64,000 nt of DNA from Candidatus Latescibacterota bacterium (GTDB lineage: Bacteria; Latescibacterota; UBA2968; UBA8231): NCBI GenBank assembly GCA_965206595.1, contig OZ242214.1, forward strand, positions 5,984,001-6,048,000, in the 5' to 3' direction. Shown here in pieces: positions 60,046-64,000 of the stretch (positions are counted from its first letter, which is position 1; each line of letters starts with the position of its first letter). The notes beneath the pieces are model-generated. The model was not told where the DNA came from and ran no database searches. It worked only from the letters and a program-made list of their open reading frames with translations. Made by a program: the position numbers and the translations under genes.

Positions 60046-61980
60046 ATGGCTCTCAAGAAGCTCGGAAACAGCTACCTCGTAGGTGCCAGCGACAGCGCGG
60101 AGGCATCATTCGACGAAGACATCAATTACCGGGGGTGGAAGGATTTCCTCGTGTGGGTACCTTCGTACGACTCCGATCAGCAGGCCGTGATTACCGGGTA
60201 TTCCGACGAATCGGACTCCTGGATAGATGCCTCCCTCTACCGCTGCAGCAATCTCCTGGATGATCCAGGGACGTTTGTGGACGATGAATCCGTACGATCC
60301 CTGACACGGGCAGCAGGAGGAGGGTCCATGACGTTTGAGTTCGGCCCGGAACCAGCTCGCCTTTCCGGGCTGTTCCGTCTCCGAATCAAGCCAAGAGACA
60401 ATGATTCGATGTTCACGGTGAACTTTCAGAACCTTCCCTGGTATGCCCTGGAGTGCTGGGAGCCGCGCAATAATTTCTACATCTACGGCCTCTCCAGCCT
60501 CGATTCCATCGATCAGTATTTCTTCATTCCAAGGCTGACCGAGGATGCCGATTATGTTCGGGTGCGGTTGCAGACCGAGAAGGCGATAGAAAACGCACGA
60601 ATCGACATATACACGGAAACCGGGGAAGATCCAATTGCTACGGCGGAATGCAAGGGCGAGAATGCATCAGGAGACGATCACCCCTGGTTCGACACGGCTC
60701 AGATAGAGGGAGACGACCTTCCCTCAGAGTATCCAGGAGCGATATATCGCTTCCGTCTTACTCGGGTAATTCCTAATGGGATATCAAGCAATCAGCCATC
60801 CGGAAACGTGTGGGTGCGGTTTTCCAGGAATGTGCCGCCGTATTTCGCCTCCAAGGCCGAGCGATTGATTTACCCGATCCTGCACCGGAGAATCGAGCCG
60901 GTTACATATGTCGATGAATCTCGATCCCACCGGCTATACCTGACAGTTCCCCGGACCGTTCCTTCGGGAGAAACGGCTATTATCCCGGAAGCCAGTGAAC
61001 TGAAGTTGAAAACGGGAACGTCGCCGGAATCGGACACGACAACGGGCTATTCCGTTATCACAACACTGACCTTGGATTCTCCTCAGAAGATCGAAAGAGG
61101 AGATAGCTTCATCGCGCAACTCCTGGATGGGGATACGGTAATCGCGGACAGCACCGACAAGGTCGATACCCTTTACGGCATTCGGGAGCCCGTATACGAC
61201 AGCGACTTTCCCGAGAAACTGATACCCGCTTGGGATAACGGGAACGGCAGGTATACCTCCCAGGATATGAGCGCCGGACATATCAACACAGTTCAGACGA
61301 GCGACGAAACCTCCATACCGAACATTATTGCAGTATCGGGAGTGAAAGCCTGGGGTGCTCTGTATACACCTCCAGAGCAAGACAATCCTCTAATAAAAGC
61401 TTGGTTCAAGACAGAGGTCGGAGGAGAATACCCGAATGCAAACAGCGAGAATGTTCGCTTTTGGGGATACAAAGACGAACCCGACAGCGGCCCTGGGTAT
61501 CACCGGGCTTCTGGAAACGTCTATCCGGTAACTGCTCTCAAGAACTTGTATGATGCGTTTCTATGCTATACGGGTTATACAAGCAAGCCCTTTCAAATCA
61601 CCATCCAGCACACCATTTTCATCGAGGAATTCAGCCAAGCCTGCGACATTATTGGCAGCGATCCCTACGTCTGTGCAGTGAAGCATACCGAGAATTACAG
61701 GCGAGTGCGGGACTGCGTAGCGGAGCTGACGTACAATCAAAAGTCTCAACAAAAGCGAATGATTATCATGTGGTGGTGGGACCCGAAAGTAGGGGCGGAA
61801 ACAGCCGTTGAAGTAACCCTTTTCGAAGACGCATTCGCAGAAGCAACGGACATGGAGAGCATAGGCGGATGGAACTTTTCCGCTGGAGGGTATCCGGTAG
61901 TTAACCCGCTGAACACTGGTGATACTGATTTATGGACGGCGATAACAAACAAGAACAACGACTGGATCAATCCGACATAA
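60046..61980 (+). CDS. Hypothetical protein, possible C-terminal glycoside-hydrolase-like barrel
   Basis: 644-aa ORF; WGYKDEPD and CDIIGSDPY motifs; TTGACA upstream. Confidence 0.65.
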   Translation: MALKKLGNSYLVGASDSAEASFDEDINYRGWKDFLVWVPSYDSDQQAVITGYSDESDSWIDASLYRCSNLLDDPGTFVDDESVRSLTRAAGGGSMTFEFGPEPARLSGLFRLRIKPRDNDSMFTVNFQNLPWYALECWEPRNNFYIYGLSSLDSIDQYFFIPRLTEDADYVRVRLQTEKAIENARIDIYTETGEDPIATAECKGENASGDDHPWFDTAQIEGDDLPSEYPGAIYRFRLTRVIPNGISSNQPSGNVWVRFSRNVPPYFASKAERLIYPILHRRIEPVTYVDESRSHRLYLTVPRTVPSGETAIIPEASELKLKTGTSPESDTTTGYSVITTLTLDSPQKIERGDSFIAQLLDGDTVIADSTDKVDTLYGIREPVYDSDFPEKLIPAWDNGNGRYTSQDMSAGHINTVQTSDETSIPNIIAVSGVKAWGALYTPPEQDNPLIKAWFKTEVGGEYPNANSENVRFWGYKDEPDSGPGYHRASGNVYPVTALKNLYDAFLCYTGYTSKPFQITIQHTIFIEEFSQACDIIGSDPYVCAVKHTENYRRVRDCVAELTYNQKSQQKRMIIMWWWDPKVGAETAVEVTLFEDAFAEATDMESIGGWNFSAGGYPVVNPLNTGDTDLWTAITNKNNDWINPT

Positions 61981-61981
61981 C

Positions 61982-62944
61982 ATGGTTCTACTGTTCGCCA
62001 TTCTCGTTCCATCCCTGTCCTGGGGACAAATAGCCTTTTACGGCACTTCTCCTAACCCGAATGATGCGTCTACTTCCAGCCACCACCTATGTATTATCGA
62101 TCAATCCGGATCTTTAATAGAAAAGTGGGGTGGAGGGGGAGGCTCCTGGGATCTGTCCCCAGACGGCACAACCATTGCCTATGTATGGTTGAAGCGGGAG
62201 ATGGGAACTTCGTCGTATTATCTGCACGCGCATAATTTTCTGGAATCATCTTACTGGACCATATGGGATTCAGCAACATACGCATATAAAAGCGCGATAA
62301 GATGGTCTCCTGCGGGTGATAATCTGGTTGCTTTCTTGTTGGACAACCAGGAAATAAGGGTAATGGCGGCGGAAAACTTTTGGGAAAGGGATCATTCAAA
62401 TGAGTTGTTCAAAAGGGTGATCGATGTTGGAATGCATGTTTCCGATATTGATTGGGCTCCTAATGAACGATTCGTAGTTTCGTCCGGGACAGAGGAAATA
62501 TGGATTACGGATGGAACCAACTTGGAGTTTCTTAGCAGAGGTCAGTATCCCAGGGTATCGCCAGATGGCAAGAAAATCGCCTTTGTTGTTCCTGGAAAAT
62601 CCTTCTCTGAATACGACGACTTTCCGGACGCCAAGATTTCCGGGTATGAAAATAGTGTATGGACAATGAACCTCGACGGATCTCATAAGAGATTTATACA
62701 CAAATGGGAATTTGGATCGAGGGGAGTAGCATGGTCTCCCGATTCTCGGGAACTTGCTTTTGCCGATGGAGTAAAGATGTGGGAGAGCTACGTCAAGGCA
62801 GTGTCCTTGAATGGAGTTGTCAGAACGATACTCCATGTTGAAAAGAGGGTCAGAAAAATTGAATGGGCAGCTCCCTGGCTGGATCAGACGACAGGCATAA
62901 CTCCTGCATCTTGGGGAGCGGTGAAACATGAACAGAATTATTAA
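61982..62944 (+). CDS. Secreted TolB/PD40 beta-propeller protein
   Basis: Signal peptide; repeated SPDG/WSP; ends TTGITPASWGAVK. Confidence 0.8.
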   Translation: MVLLFAILVPSLSWGQIAFYGTSPNPNDASTSSHHLCIIDQSGSLIEKWGGGGGSWDLSPDGTTIAYVWLKREMGTSSYYLHAHNFLESSYWTIWDSATYAYKSAIRWSPAGDNLVAFLLDNQEIRVMAAENFWERDHSNELFKRVIDVGMHVSDIDWAPNERFVVSSGTEEIWITDGTNLEFLSRGQYPRVSPDGKKIAFVVPGKSFSEYDDFPDAKISGYENSVWTMNLDGSHKRFIHKWEFGSRGVAWSPDSRELAFADGVKMWESYVKAVSLNGVVRTILHVEKRVRKIEWAAPWLDQTTGITPASWGAVKHEQNY

Positions 62945-63044
62945 GGCTGCCGTAATCGCCATCGGAGTGTTTGTGGTTCTATTTCTCCATTGGATCATTC
63001 CGTAACGGGGGAAGACGACACAAGTAACTGCCGCCTCCCCCTTG

Positions 63045-63978
63045 CTATTTCACGAGGTCCCTGTAAAGCAGACGTTTTCCGACCATACATGCAACAAGGT
63101 CTTCCATTTGATCGAGCGTATCACGGTTCCTGATGTTATGCTTTCCGACAAACTCATCGACGTATCGCTGTAGGTGCTTTGGAGACCATAGATGATACGT
63201 TCCCTTGTAGGCTCGCTTCATCATCGACCAAAAACTCTCTATGCCGTTGACGTGACAGTCCCCGGAAACATACTCCCCCCTGGAGTGCCTTACGGCCTTG
63301 TGACGGCCCGGCCAGTCAAACCCTTGGTATGCCGTAGCACTGTCGCTGTAAAGCGTTCCACGGCGTCTCAGGTGCCTTCTTGCGAAGTCTCGGAGGGTAT
63401 CGGGAGAGGTATCGGGAATGACCTTGGCAGCTACCCTTCCGGTGCGTCTATCCCTCATGCCGACAACAGCCGTTTTGCCTTCCGGCCATCGCTCATGTAG
63501 CTTGCGGTCGGCATGTTTATTGTGCTCCCTACCGCCGAAATATGCCTCGTCAATCTCCGCTTTCTTGCTGCGTAATCGCGGGGGATCGCTCCACGCTTCC
63601 CGTATCCGGTGCGCCAGGAACCAGGCGGAACGTTGCGTCATACCGAGGTCCCGGTGCAGCTTCAGGCTGGACACACCCTTCAACGACGACAAGTGCAGGT
63701 AGATTGCAATTGCCCATTTTTGATACGAGATATTCGACGCTTCGAGCACCGTTCCGGTTCGCACAGAGAACCGATTGCGGCAGTCTCCGCACCAGTACGG
63801 CTGCGGCTTGCGATTCGGGCATTCGGAAATCATGCCGTAACATCCACAGCGAAGGGCAGCATATTACGTCGCTCCATCGCACAGATTCGAACCACTGTTC
63901 CGCCGTTCTGTTGTCCGGGAACTTCTCGAAAAGCTCTATCAGGGAGACACCTTCCCTGTCGTTCCTTCCCGGCCCCTG
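63045..63978 (-). mobile_element. IS1595-family transposase, frameshifted ~63853, start not seen
   Basis: PGRNDREGVSLIEL..FPD, Zn ribbon, FSVRTGT, EIDEAYFGG, YSD, NGIESFWS, RYVDEF. Confidence 0.9.
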
Positions 63979-64000
63979 GGGGAGAAATCCGCGCCCGACC

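Noticed and set aside
63984-64000. aaatccgcgcccg shared with ~7646-7658
   Set aside because: Only ~13-17 bp and cut by the window edge; cannot establish a repeat family

Overview
GC-rich accessory region. The host is probably a Latescibacterota/Poribacteria/Gemmatimonadota-like bacterium, possibly a sponge symbiont; this is inferred only from the FlgD/dockerin/YWTD/cadherin/LRR surface protein and the C-terminal SWGxxK motifs. Left to right: (1) 1-3319, an ATPase + ATPase-wHTH-TPR gene pair. (2) 3.4-7.5 kb, a mosaic of sugar genes, a secreted HNH nuclease and IS remnants. (3) A giant surface-protein gene with a sigma54-type promoter, broken at 10781 and resuming in the same frame at 32687. 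(4) The ~21.9-kb island in that break: P4-type integrase, AlpA, Cre-like recombinase, a leftward ssb/parB/radC operon with a duplicated ~2-kb module, two MITEs carrying tandem NrdR-box-like sites, Myb-like regulators, and cargo including an IPCT-DIPPS-HAD triple fusion and an IolW-like oxidoreductase. (5) 41.5-59.2 kb, a SNF2/DUF1156/DUF499 restriction-like defence locus with about ten accessory defence/TA genes and remnants between its core genes. (6) Lower-GC genes and a frameshifted IS1595. Many single-base frameshifts occur (decay or sequencing error, which cannot be told apart here). No rRNA, tRNA, CRISPR array or reverse transcriptase was seen. Family assignments are by motif recognition, not database search.
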